From Gemmatimonadota bacterium (GTDB taxonomy: Bacteria; Gemmatimonadota; Gemmatimonadetes; Palauibacterales; Palauibacteraceae), in assembly GCA_039588275.1 (NCBI GenBank), contig JBDHAC010000015.1, forward strand, positions 1 to 61,986: 61,986 nucleotides of DNA. Reading direction: 5' to 3'. A program made the position numbers and the translations under genes. Of the stretch, positions 48,005-57,448 are shown in pieces (within the stretch, counting starts at the first letter, position 1; each line of letters begins with the position of its first letter). The notes beneath the pieces are model-generated. The model was not told where the DNA came from, made no database searches, and saw only the letters and a list, made by a program, of their open reading frames with translations.

Positions 48005-48493
48005 ATGACGCGACACGCCTTCACCGTCGAGGAGGCGAATGAGCTCCTACCGCACATCCGAGCCACGCTGCGTCGTATTCAAGCGGGGCGCGACGCGGCG
48101 CAGCGGCGGGTCGACCAGTTGGGCGCCCTGGACGCGCTCTGGGGAGACGCGGTCCAAGAGCTCGCCAACCCGGATCATCAGGAGTACCTTCGCCATCGGC
48201 ACTCGCTCGGCCGGATTCACCGCGCGATCGAGCGTCTGGTGCGGGAGCGCCTGAGCGAGCGTGGCATTCGGTTCCCGTTAGGCGGTCTCGAGCACGGATT
48301 GGTCGATTTCCCGACGACGCTGGACGGCCGCTGGATCTACCTGTGCTGGCGGGAGGGAGAGGACGCTATCCGTTTCTGGCACGAGACCGACGGAGGATTC
48401 GCGGGTCGCCGCCCCCTCACGCCGACGATCCGGCGGCGGCTGGCCATCCCCGACGATCCCGCCCTGGACGACGACTCGGACCTCGACTTCTAG
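48005..48493 (+). CDS. DUF2203-family protein (paralog of 19441-20013)
   Basis: FTVEEANELLP...GLVDFP...YLCWREGE...FWHE...GFAGRRPL. Confidence 0.88.
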   Translation: MTRHAFTVEEANELLPHIRATLRRIQAGRDAAQRRVDQLGALDALWGDAVQELANPDHQEYLRHRHSLGRIHRAIERLVRERLSERGIRFPLGGLEHGLVDFPTTLDGRWIYLCWREGEDAIRFWHETDGGFAGRRPLTPTIRRRLAIPDDPALDDDSDLDF

Positions 48494-48540
48494 CGTGCCG
48501 AGCGAAGTCGCCATCGTCCGACCCGCGTCCCAATCCGGAC

Positions 48541-50037
48541 CTAAGGCACGGGCGGTTTCTGATCCTGGGGGATCGGGGAGCGGTACGGCTCGCCGCCGGT
48601 GGCCTCCTCGAAAAAGGCCCGTGCGCTCCGGACGAGATCCGGGTCGGTCAGCAGATCCACGCCGGTGAGCGCCAGCACCCTGGCCGCGACATCCGCCGCG
48701 CGCACCGCCCACTCCGTGCCGTGCGACGCGCTGGTGGCCCAGCTGTGCCACGGCACGTCAGCGGGTGCCGATGTCACGTTGAACCCCACCGTCGGTGTGA
48801 TGTAGCTGACCTCCGCCACGTCCGTGGATCCGCCCTCGGGAGGCTCGGGGCCGGCCGCCAGCGGCTTGATCTCGGTGTCCAGCCCCTTCTCCTCGATCCC
48901 CAGTCCACGTTGCATCTCGGTCGCGAACGTCTGGAACGCGTCGGGATACCGGGGCGGGCCGACGAGCTCGAGATTCCGCTGGGTGGCTTCCTGGAGCGGC
49001 CGGTTGAGCATCATCTCGTGCACCCCCGTGACCAGGTAGACTTCGTGCTCGGTGCGCGTGGCGATGGCCGCGCCCTCGGCGATGTCGAGGATCCAGTCGT
49101 AGTACTCGGTCACCGTCACGCGCGACGTATCCCGCACGTAATACCAGGCGCGCGCGTACTCCGGCACGACGTTCGGCGCCTCGCCGGCCGAGGGAATGAC
49201 ATAGTGGATGCGGGCCGTGGGCTGGATGTGCTCTCGCATCATGTTGACGCCGTGGTTCATGAGCTCGACGGCATCGAGCGCGCTCCGCCCGTTCCAGGGG
49301 TCTGCCGATGAGTGCGCCGCCTGTCCACGGAACTCGACCGTGAAGTTGTTCAGCGCGCGGCCGGGCTGATTGCGCACCTGCGTCTCGAGACCCGGGTGCC
49401 ATTCCAGCGCGGCATCCAGGTCGTCGAACAGCCCCGCCTTGGCCATGTAGACCTTTCCGACCACGGTCTCCTCGGCAGGTGTGCCGTACAGCCGAACCGT
49501 GCCCGCCAGATCCTCGCGCTCCATGGCGCGCTTGATCGCGATCGCGGCGCCCACGGAGCCCGCCCCGAACAGATTGTGGCCGCACCCCTGCCCGCTGGTG
49601 ACGCCGTCCGCGCGCGGGGCCCTGCCGGGAACCGGATCGTTACCGACACCCGGCAGCGCGTCGTACTCGGCGAGCACCCCGATCGCGGGCCCTCCCTGTC
49701 CGTGCGTGTAAGAGGCGACGAACGCGGTCGGCATCTCGGCCACCCCGCGTTCGACCCGGAAGCCCTCCCGCTCGAGGAGATCGGCCAGGAAAGAGGCGGA
49801 TCGACTCTCGAGCATCGCCGTCTCCGAGTAATCCCACAGGGTCATCGACATCTCGTGGATGTCGGCCGCGAGCTCGTCGACGGCCTCGAGCGCGGCGCGC
49901 TTGGCCGAAGGCAGGTCCTCCAGCTCGGATGTGCGAACCTGGGCCCGGGCCGCGCCGGGGTCGGTCGTCAGTGCGAGGGCGACGCCGGCGCCGACGAGGA
50001 TCGACGACGCGTGAAGCGGGAGACGGATGCGAGACAC
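48541..50037 (-). CDS. Secreted M20 amidohydrolase (AbgB-like)
   Basis: RBS GGAGGA, GTG 50037; AEYDALPG, GCGHNL, GTPAEE, GRSALDA, GGSTDV. Confidence 0.88.
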   Translation of the reverse strand: MSRIRLPLHASSILVGAGVALALTTDPGAARAQVRTSELEDLPSAKRAALEAVDELAADIHEMSMTLWDYSETAMLESRSASFLADLLEREGFRVERGVAEMPTAFVASYTHGQGGPAIGVLAEYDALPGVGNDPVPGRAPRADGVTSGQGCGHNLFGAGSVGAAIAIKRAMEREDLAGTVRLYGTPAEETVVGKVYMAKAGLFDDLDAALEWHPGLETQVRNQPGRALNNFTVEFRGQAAHSSADPWNGRSALDAVELMNHGVNMMREHIQPTARIHYVIPSAGEAPNVVPEYARAWYYVRDTSRVTVTEYYDWILDIAEGAAIATRTEHEVYLVTGVHEMMLNRPLQEATQRNLELVGPPRYPDAFQTFATEMQRGLGIEEKGLDTEIKPLAAGPEPPEGGSTDVAEVSYITPTVGFNVTSAPADVPWHSWATSASHGTEWAVRAADVAARVLALTGVDLLTDPDLVRSARAFFEEATGGEPYRSPIPQDQKPPVP

Positions 50038-50161
50038 AGGCTTCCTCCGGACGTCGAATGTGGATTCCGAATCGCCGCCCAAGGATCAGGATCGGGGCGG
50101 CCCGAATCAAGCCACCGCACCACGAGCGAACCGGGTGCACCGGGACGGCCGACCCGCGCGG

Positions 50162-50827
50162 CTACCGCTTCAGGGCCAGGGTAAGGCCGTCACCGATCGT
50201 CGTGAGCGCGAGATCGACGCGGTCGTCGAGCGAGAGCTTCTCGTTCAGCGCCCGGATGGCGAGTGTATCGGCCGAGTGGTCGTCGGCATCGATCACCGAT
50301 CCGCCCCACAGCGTGTTGTCGAGCGCAGCGACGCCGCCCGCCCGGAGCAGCGTCAAACACGCCTCGTAGTAGTCGTCGTACCCGCTCTTGTCCGCATCGA
50401 TGAACGCCAGGTCGAACGTTCCTGCGGCGCCGTCGGCGACCAGCGACTCGAGCGTCTCGAGGGCCGGCCCGAGGCGGAGGTCGACCCGGTCCGCCACCCC
50501 GGCGGACTCCCAGTAGGCGCGCGCCCGTCGCGCGTAGCCCCTGTCCAGCTCGCACGCCACGAGTCGCCCCTCACGCGGGAGGGCGAGCGCCACCGCCAGA
50601 CCGCTGTACCCGGTGAACACGCCCACCTCGAGAGCGCGGCGGGCGTCCAGCAGGCACACCAGCAACGCCAGGAACGCGCCCTGCTCCGGCGCGATCTGCA
50701 TCTCGACGCGGTCGGGGAAATCGCGACGCGTCTCCTCGCGGCACCGCGCCAGGACCGGGTGCTCGCGCACCCCCACGCCGAGGATGTAATCCTGCAGTTC
50801 CGGCGTGATCTTGTTGGCCGTACCCAT
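50162..50827 (-). CDS. O-methyltransferase (CCoAOMT/COMT-like)
   Basis: LEVGVFTGYS, FIDADK, DNTLWGG. Confidence 0.92.
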   Translation of the reverse strand: MGTANKITPELQDYILGVGVREHPVLARCREETRRDFPDRVEMQIAPEQGAFLALLVCLLDARRALEVGVFTGYSGLAVALALPREGRLVACELDRGYARRARAYWESAGVADRVDLRLGPALETLESLVADGAAGTFDLAFIDADKSGYDDYYEACLTLLRAGGVAALDNTLWGGSVIDADDHSADTLAIRALNEKLSLDDRVDLALTTIGDGLTLALKR

Positions 50828-50847
50828 AGGGGTATTTCAGCGTCCTG

Positions 50848-52167
50848 CTAGAACTCGCGGATGAAGAACCGTGTGGAGCCGCCGAAGCGCGGGTTCACGA
50901 CGTTGCTGAAGATGGATCCGAACGTGTAGCTGAAGCCGACCCGGAAGTTGTACTCGAAATCGGACTGCAGCTCCCTCTGACGTGTCAGGATCTCCTCTTC
51001 CGTGGCATCCCCGGCTTCCAGGTTGATCTGGTCGCGGATGCGGGCCAGCCCGACATCGAGGTCCAACGACAGTCCCTTGAAGAGACGGAGGTCGATGCCG
51101 CCGTTCGCGACCAACCGGTTCTTCCCGAGGTCGTTGAGGTGCTGCACGGCTTCGATCGCGGCGCGCGAAGATCCCCATGGCTGACGGACCTCGAGCGCCA
51201 CTTGAAAGCGGTGATCGGGCAGCGTCTCCTCGGTCTTGAGGAACACCGTCTGCTCGATGTAGTCGATGACGTTGAGCCCGACCGAGTACACGAAGCGCAG
51301 TTGGCGACGCGTGGATTCCGAGTACGGGAACAGGTTGAACTCGATCGCCGGCGCCAAGCGAATCACGAGATCCTCGTTCGAGAAGGAGGAGTGGGACACC
51401 GAGCCTTGGCCTCCCAGCCCCCAATGCTCGCCGAGGCCCCACGATGCGAATGCGGCCGCGTCGTAGCTCTCGGTGGTGCTGGTGACGGTGGTCGTATCGC
51501 TCGTCTCGAAGTTGTTCTCGGTGTACCGGGCCGACACCGAGGTGAGCAGCTTGAAGCCCTCCGTGACGCGGTTCGCGGAGAGCGACCCGGACACGAACAG
51601 GAAATCCGTGAGCTCTCGAGCGAAGTAGCTCGCGTTCCCCCGCACGCGAAACACCCAGAAGTTCCATGGATCGCTCTCGGGCGTGGCGACCGCCTGGTCC
51701 CCGAGCATCTGCTCGAATTGCACTCGGATCTGAGCCGCGAGCGGCGTGCGGGCGACGTATCGCATGAGCCCGAGCTTGATCTGGCCCGCCACCTGCGACA
51801 GGACCTGCTCCTCGGCCAGGTTCGCCCGCGTGGTGGCCTCGAGCCGATCGTCGAGCCCCTCGAACTCCTCGCGCCCGATGAAGTCGAGCGCGAACAACAG
51901 ACCGCCGGCGCCCGTCTCCTGCGACGTGATCAGGAGGTGAACCTGCGCGTCTTGACGATCGCGCGTGTAGTTCACGAACGGAATCTCGCGCCGGTAGAAG
52001 TCGAAGTTGCAGAACCGGCTCTGACAGTCGAAGAAGACCCGCAACGCCTGCCCGGTCACATCCTCCCCCGAGGCAGGCTCGCCGGCCGGCTCCTGCGCGC
52101 TCACGACGGGCACGAAGGTCTGCCCGGGGACGAGGAGCAGGGCGGCGGCGGCCGTCGTTCGAATCAC
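50848..52167 (-). CDS. Hypothetical outer-membrane beta-barrel protein
   Basis: Signal peptide; VFFDCQSRFC; DPWNFWVF; C-terminal YTFGSIFSNVVNPRF. Confidence 0.75.
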   Translation of the reverse strand: MIRTTAAAALLLVPGQTFVPVVSAQEPAGEPASGEDVTGQALRVFFDCQSRFCNFDFYRREIPFVNYTRDRQDAQVHLLITSQETGAGGLLFALDFIGREEFEGLDDRLEATTRANLAEEQVLSQVAGQIKLGLMRYVARTPLAAQIRVQFEQMLGDQAVATPESDPWNFWVFRVRGNASYFARELTDFLFVSGSLSANRVTEGFKLLTSVSARYTENNFETSDTTTVTSTTESYDAAAFASWGLGEHWGLGGQGSVSHSSFSNEDLVIRLAPAIEFNLFPYSESTRRQLRFVYSVGLNVIDYIEQTVFLKTEETLPDHRFQVALEVRQPWGSSRAAIEAVQHLNDLGKNRLVANGGIDLRLFKGLSLDLDVGLARIRDQINLEAGDATEEEILTRQRELQSDFEYNFRVGFSYTFGSIFSNVVNPRFGGSTRFFIREF

Positions 52168-52211
52168 GGGGCCCTCACGGCCACCCGGCGCGGCTCACCC
52201 GGGGAGAGACG

Positions 52212-52586
52212 TCAAAAGAACTGATCGATGAGTATCGGGTTGCCATCCGGATCCTCGAGGACGATGTGGGCCGGGCCGCTGGATTCTTCGTCAGCCTCGA
52301 CGTTCAGCTCGAGACCGGCTTCCTTGAACCGCTTCTGCAGCTCACGCACATCCGTGAACTCTTCGACGCGGGAGAGCGTACGGGCGGAGAGTCCGGGGTT
52401 GAACGTGAGGATATTCTTCTCGAACATGCCCTGAAACAGGCCGATCACCGCATCGCCGTTCTTGAGGATCAGGTAGTGCTCCTCCTCGGAGCCACCGGTC
52501 GCCTCGAAGCCGAGCTTCTCATAAAAGGCTCGCGAGGCGCTCAGATCCTGGACCGTCAGACTGACCGAGAACGCGCCGAGATCCAT
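52212..52586 (-). CDS. VOC/glyoxalase-family protein
   Basis: [39 protein letters not shown]. Confidence 0.9.
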   Translation of the reverse strand: MDLGAFSVSLTVQDLSASRAFYEKLGFEATGGSEEEHYLILKNGDAVIGLFQGMFEKNILTFNPGLSARTLSRVEEFTDVRELQKRFKEAGLELNVEADEESSGPAHIVLEDPDGNPILIDQFF

Positions 52587-52783
52587 CAGCTTCCTCCTCG
52601 TGTGGAGCACGCGTCGTACGGACGCCGATTCCGGGACAGGGGCCCGGGAAGATGGCCACCCGGCGATCGGCGGCCAAGTGTCGGGAAACGGCGGTCCACG
52701 GAATCCACGGAAGAGGTGGCGATCGTCCGGACGGCCTGTAGGTTGGCGGCCGAGGGATCGTCGACTTCAAAAAGGGCGGACCG

Positions 52784-54163
52784 ATGACCGACTTCGCTGG
52801 ATTCATCGATACGAATCGCGATCGATTCCTGGAGGAGCTGGGCGATTTCCTCCGGATCCCGAGTGTGAGCACCACGACGGAGCGCGCGGGCGATGTCCGT
52901 CGGTGCGCGGCTTGGTTCGCCGAACACGTGCGGGAGGCCGGCATCCGCGACGTCGAGGTGGTCGAGACGGACGGGCACCCGATCGTGGTCGCAGAGCACC
53001 TCGTGGATGCGGCGGCTCCCACGGTCTTGCTGTACGGGCACTACGATGTGCAGCCATCCGAGCCGGACGAGCTGTGGACGACGCCCCCCTTCGAGCCATC
53101 CTTGCGGGACGGTCGTCTGTATGCTCGCGGCTCGGTCGATGACAAGGGCCAGGTACACATGCACGTCAAGGCCGTGGAGACCCGACTGGCCACCGGCGCG
53201 GGGCTTCCCATCAACCTGAAGCTGGTGATCGAGGGCGAAGAGGAAGTTGGGAGCAGCCACTTGGCGGCGTTCCTCGCGGCGCACGCGGATCGCCTGTCGT
53301 GCGATGCGGTGATGGTCAGCGACACCGCCATGTTCGCGCCCGAGCTCCCCTGCATAACGACGGGTCTGCGCGGCATCGTGTACACCGAGCTCCGGGTTCG
53401 CGGCCCCGCGCACGACCTACATTCGGGCAGCTACGGGGGAGCGGTGGTCAACCCGGCGAACGCCCTGGCCCGCATCATCGCCGGGCTCAAGGACGCGGAT
53501 GGTCGCGTGACCGTCCCAGGGTTTTACGATCGCGTGCGGGAGATGAACGACCGCGAGCGCGAAGACCTGACCCGTCTCCCTATGGACGATGAGGCGCTCC
53601 GCGCCGAGGTCGGGTCCACCGAGTTGGGTGGAGAGGCCGGATTCACCTCGCTGGAGCGACTCTGGTTTCGTCCGGCGCTGGACGTGAACGGTTTGTTCAG
53701 CGGGTTCACGGGCGAGGGTTCGAAGACCGTGCTCCCCGGAGAGGCGATGGCGAAGGTTTCGATGCGGATCGTCCCGGACCAAGCTCCGGATGACGTCTTC
53801 GAGCGCTTCGAGGCGCACGTGCACGATCTCGCGCCCGCCGGAGTCACCCTCGAGGTGAAGCGTTACCACGGCGGCTCTCCCTGGGTCGCGCACACCACCA
53901 GTCCGATCTTCGAGGCCGCCCAGGCGGCCTTGAAGATCGGCTTCAAGGAAGACGCGGTGTTCATCCGCGAGGGAGGCTCGATACCGATCGTGCCTCTGTT
54001 CGAGGAAACGTTTCGGGCGCCTGCGCTGCTGATCGGCTTCGCGCTCCCCGGGTGCAACGCGCACGCTCCGGACGAATGGATCGACCTCGGCGTGTATCGA
54101 CGGGGAATCGAGTCGCTGACGAGCCTGTACGATGAGATCGCGGCGCGGGGAGTCGCAGGGTGA
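52784..54163 (+). CDS. M20 dipeptidase (DapE/ArgE-like)
   Basis: YGHYDVQP, ARGSVDDKGQ, EGEEEVGS, DLHSG, GGSIP, HAPDE. Confidence 0.92.
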   Translation: MTDFAGFIDTNRDRFLEELGDFLRIPSVSTTTERAGDVRRCAAWFAEHVREAGIRDVEVVETDGHPIVVAEHLVDAAAPTVLLYGHYDVQPSEPDELWTTPPFEPSLRDGRLYARGSVDDKGQVHMHVKAVETRLATGAGLPINLKLVIEGEEEVGSSHLAAFLAAHADRLSCDAVMVSDTAMFAPELPCITTGLRGIVYTELRVRGPAHDLHSGSYGGAVVNPANALARIIAGLKDADGRVTVPGFYDRVREMNDREREDLTRLPMDDEALRAEVGSTELGGEAGFTSLERLWFRPALDVNGLFSGFTGEGSKTVLPGEAMAKVSMRIVPDQAPDDVFERFEAHVHDLAPAGVTLEVKRYHGGSPWVAHTTSPIFEAAQAALKIGFKEDAVFIREGGSIPIVPLFEETFRAPALLIGFALPGCNAHAPDEWIDLGVYRRGIESLTSLYDEIAARGVAG

Positions 54164-54618
54164 GCGCGTTCACGCCGGCGGACGACGGCTATCCCGAGCG
54201 CGTCCGCTCCAGCTTCGAGCGTCAAGGGGTGATGGGCCTGCTCGGCGCCCGGCTCACGCGGGTGGAGCCTGGTCTGGTCGAGATCACCGTGCCCTTCCGG
54301 GAAGACCTCACGCAGCAGCACGGGCTCTTCCACGCCGGGGTCTCGACGACCGTCGCCGACAGCGCGGCCGGATACGCCGCCTACACGCTCTTCCCGGCGG
54401 ATGCCGCGATCCTCGCCGTCGAGCTCAAGATCAACTTCCTGGCGCGGGCGAGTGGGGAGGAGCTCATCGCGACCGGTCGAGTCTTGAAGCCGGGCCGTAC
54501 GCTGACGGTCAACGAAATGGATGTGCACTGCCGCCGGGGGGAGGATCGGGTCCTGTGCGCCCGCGGCATTCAGACCACCATGTGCTTGTTGGACCGACCC
54601 GGTCTCGCGGCGGGGTGA
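54160..54618 (+). CDS. PaaI-family thioesterase
   Basis: QQHGLFHAG...ADSAAGYAA; GTGA overlap. Confidence 0.9.
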   Translation: MSAFTPADDGYPERVRSSFERQGVMGLLGARLTRVEPGLVEITVPFREDLTQQHGLFHAGVSTTVADSAAGYAAYTLFPADAAILAVELKINFLARASGEELIATGRVLKPGRTLTVNEMDVHCRRGEDRVLCARGIQTTMCLLDRPGLAAG

Positions 54619-54642
54619 GCCACACGGTGGGCGGAGCAGGCC

Positions 54643-55263
54643 CTAGCGCCCCTGAGCGGACCTGCCTTGCGTCGAGGCGCGCAGCGCGGCGGCGACGTTC
54701 GACACCTCGCCCGTGAGAAGGGCCCGCCATTCATCCTTCTCACGCTTGAAGCTCATCACTTCCACCTTCGAGACATCGATCCCCTCGACCGACATCTCGA
54801 GACGAGAGACGACATGCGCCGTCTCGCCCTCCATGACCCTCCCGATCACGTGGAGGTCGGCATCGTCGAGCATGTCTCCGATGGCGGGCGCCTGCGAGAA
54901 CATCGCGCCGATAAAGCGCTCGAAGAACTCGGTGTCCGGGAGCGCGTCGATGGCGGCGGGATCGGGCGTTCCAAACAGACCTCTGCGGAAATCGCCCGCC
55001 TCAGGGAGCTCGATCACCGGCTGCAGCATACCGCGAAACTCGCTGAGTGCCTGTGAGTGCATGAGCGAGGACAGCCGGTCCCAATCCCGCGAGCGCATCG
55101 CGCTCGTGAAGGCGCGGGCCGCCTCCTCGGGACCGCCATCCAGGGCCCCGCCCGCCGCCGTCTCGGCCGGCCCGCAGGCCGACCAGGCTGCAAGAAGTGC
55201 CATCCACGGCACAAGAGCCCGGCTCGCCGACCCATTCCGCCGCCACGTCGCGATCGAGTCCAC
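54643..55263 (-). CDS. Hypothetical lipoprotein
   Basis: WSACG lipobox-like motif; coherent globular sequence. Confidence 0.65.
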   Translation of the reverse strand: MDSIATWRRNGSASRALVPWMALLAAWSACGPAETAAGGALDGGPEEAARAFTSAMRSRDWDRLSSLMHSQALSEFRGMLQPVIELPEAGDFRRGLFGTPDPAAIDALPDTEFFERFIGAMFSQAPAIGDMLDDADLHVIGRVMEGETAHVVSRLEMSVEGIDVSKVEVMSFKREKDEWRALLTGEVSNVAAALRASTQGRSAQGR

Positions 55264-55309
55264 CCCTCACCTCCGCTGTTCCCGTCCCGTTGGGGTTTTG
55301 GCGGTCCCG

Positions 55310-55786
55310 TCAGCCGGGAGGCTCGTCGTGCGCGAGCTCGAGCTCCGTCGAGATGTCCACGCACCGATAGAGCGTCCGGTAGACGGGGCAATTGGGGTGG
55401 TGCACATCGTGTGCCCGCATGGCCGTTTCCGCCTGATCCGGTGGGAGTCGAAGCCGATAGCGAACTCGAATCCTTCGGATAACCAGCACGCCGTCATCCG
55501 TCTCGATGTCGCCCTCGACCTCACCGACCAGCCTTCCCTCATCAGCTCTGACACCGCGCGCTTCCAGCGCGCCCCCGAGGGTTCCGGTCAGTCAGCCGCC
55601 GGCTGCCGCGACCACGTAGTCCAGGGTGGTGGCGATGTCGCGCTCGGGCTCGACTCCGTAGTGCTGCGCGATCTCGCTGTGAACCCCGAACTCGACCGGC
55701 TCGTCTTCGGCCGGCAGGAAAGCCTGACGGTAGACACCTCTCTCTCGCACGATGCGGACTCGGGACCGGTACACGACTTCGCTCAT
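55310..55786 (-). CDS. OsmC-like protein, probable selenoprotein (in-frame UGA 55592-55594)
   Basis: RBS AAGGAG; TTLDYVVAAAGG-U-LTGTLGGALEARG...IRVRYRL...HHPNCPVYRTL; 158 aa on read-through. Confidence 0.88.
55548..55591 (-). promoter_or_regulatory. Putative bacterial SECIS hairpin
   Basis: mRNA after UGA: CUGAC...GCGCGCU-GGA-AGCGCGC-GGU-GUCAG; perfect 7-bp upper stem with a G-led loop and a 5-bp lower stem. Confidence 0.7.
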
Positions 55787-55844
55787 CTCATGCTCCTTTC
55801 GAACGTGTGGCAGTCGTCCGTTCGCGTGTGGCAAGCACCCTGTG

Positions 55845-56627
55845 TCAGTTCTTGGAGCGACCCACTCGTCGGTCCGAGTACCGCATGCGGATTCGCATGA
55901 GCTCCCAGAGCGCGATCGCGCGGTGTCGCAGTCGCAACTTGGATCCCTCGGCGTGTCGCCAGGTCTTCAGGGGGTATTCGATCACCTTTCCGCCGAGGTC
56001 GCGGGCCGACGGGTCCTGACACGCCACCAGCCTCGCCAACAATTCGACGTCGAACACCCAGCGAGAGCCGAACGGCTCCGCGAGCAGAGTCTGAAGCTCT
56101 GAGGTGGCCCGAAACAGCTTGGCGCCACATTGCGTGTCATAGACGGGGAGGCGCAGTGTAATGGCAGCCGCGGTCGCGAACACGCGCCCCGAGTAGTGAC
56201 GTACGCTCCTTCGCTCGACCGAGCGTCCGAGCATTCTCACGCGGCTCCCCAGCACCCAATCGACGTCACGACTCTCCAACAGCTGATCCCGGAAGGTGAG
56301 AATGGTCTCCAGCGGGGTGGAGAGATCCGCATCCCAGTAGCCGACGAAGCGTGGCTCGCTCTCGAGGGCCGCCAGGAGTCCGCGACGCACGGCCTCACCC
56401 TTCCCCTCGTTTCGGGGGAGAGGCAGCACCCCCGCGCGACCTGCCGAACGCCGCTCGAGCGCTCCGAGGACAGTCGATGTCGCGTCTGTGCTCCCGTCGT
56501 CCACGAACAGCAGTGAGATGCTCGGCGTCCGCTCCAGGAACCGGAGGAACTCGTCACCCTGAAGGCGTCGCGCCTCGTTGTAGCAGGGCACGACGATCGT
56601 CGTGTCCGAAGGTGGCTTCATTCTCAT
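55845..56627 (-). CDS. GT2 glycosyltransferase (polyprenol-phosphate hexose synthase-like)
   Basis: VVPCYNE, VDDGSTD, NEGKGEAVR, DADLS, DTQCGAKLF, FDVELL. Confidence 0.9.
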   Translation of the reverse strand: MRMKPPSDTTIVVPCYNEARRLQGDEFLRFLERTPSISLLFVDDGSTDATSTVLGALERRSAGRAGVLPLPRNEGKGEAVRRGLLAALESEPRFVGYWDADLSTPLETILTFRDQLLESRDVDWVLGSRVRMLGRSVERRSVRHYSGRVFATAAAITLRLPVYDTQCGAKLFRATSELQTLLAEPFGSRWVFDVELLARLVACQDPSARDLGGKVIEYPLKTWRHAEGSKLRLRHRAIALWELMRIRMRYSDRRVGRSKN

Positions 56628-56636
56628 GACCGGGCG

Positions 56637-57425
56637 CTATCCCACCCGCGACTCCCCGGTGTCACGATCCGCCCGTTGAAGCACCGCGAGGATGCTGAGG
56701 CCGGTCCGATACGGATGCCCATGGCCCCGCAGCGCGCGAAGCAATCGTCGTGACTCGCCGGCGAAGATGGATGCCAATAGCCGATTCACCGGTGACGGAG
56801 GGAGCCAGAGATCGGTCCCAGTCGTGCCCAAGGCTCTTCCCGCGCGTCGAGAAGCGAGACGGAAGAGCCTCGCGATCGGATAGAGACGAGAGTTCAGATA
56901 AGAAGTGAACTGGATGACCGCATTCGCGCCCTCCCACACCCGCGCCAGACTCTCCAGCGTGTATCGTCGCACGTGACCGAGCGTCACGTCATGCTGTGCC
57001 CACAGATCCGGCTGCGCGGGTACGGTCAACACGAGCCGACCTCCCGGTTGCATAGCTTCGAGCAGTGCATGCAGAACTCTCCGGTCGTCGGGCACGTGCT
57101 CGAGCACATCGTTCAGCAGGACGATGTCGGCCTCCTTGATCAACTCCGCTTCCCGCTCGATCGGCCCGACGTGGAACTCGAGGTTCGGGAATCGGTCGCG
57201 GGCGAGAGCGATCGCGTCGCGCGATGGATCCACGCCGATGACCCGATACGCCCGCGCGAAAGCCGCAGCGTTTCCACCGGTGCCGCACCCCAGATCCACG
57301 ACCAGCGCGTCCGGCGATGGAGGCTCGAGGGCGGACACGAGCGAATGGAGAATCCGGCGTCTGCCCGTAAACCACCAATGCCGATCCTCCATCGACGCGT
57401 GCAGGCGGAGTTGCTCGACATCCAT
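56637..57425 (-). CDS. Class I SAM-dependent methyltransferase
   Basis: EDRHWWF, VDLGCGTG, DVLEHV, TVPA, HVRRY. Confidence 0.9.
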   Translation of the reverse strand: MDVEQLRLHASMEDRHWWFTGRRRILHSLVSALEPPSPDALVVDLGCGTGGNAAAFARAYRVIGVDPSRDAIALARDRFPNLEFHVGPIEREAELIKEADIVLLNDVLEHVPDDRRVLHALLEAMQPGGRLVLTVPAQPDLWAQHDVTLGHVRRYTLESLARVWEGANAVIQFTSYLNSRLYPIARLFRLASRRAGRALGTTGTDLWLPPSPVNRLLASIFAGESRRLLRALRGHGHPYRTGLSILAVLQRADRDTGESRVG

Positions 57426-57448
57426 GGCCGCTCACTCTAACCTAAGCT

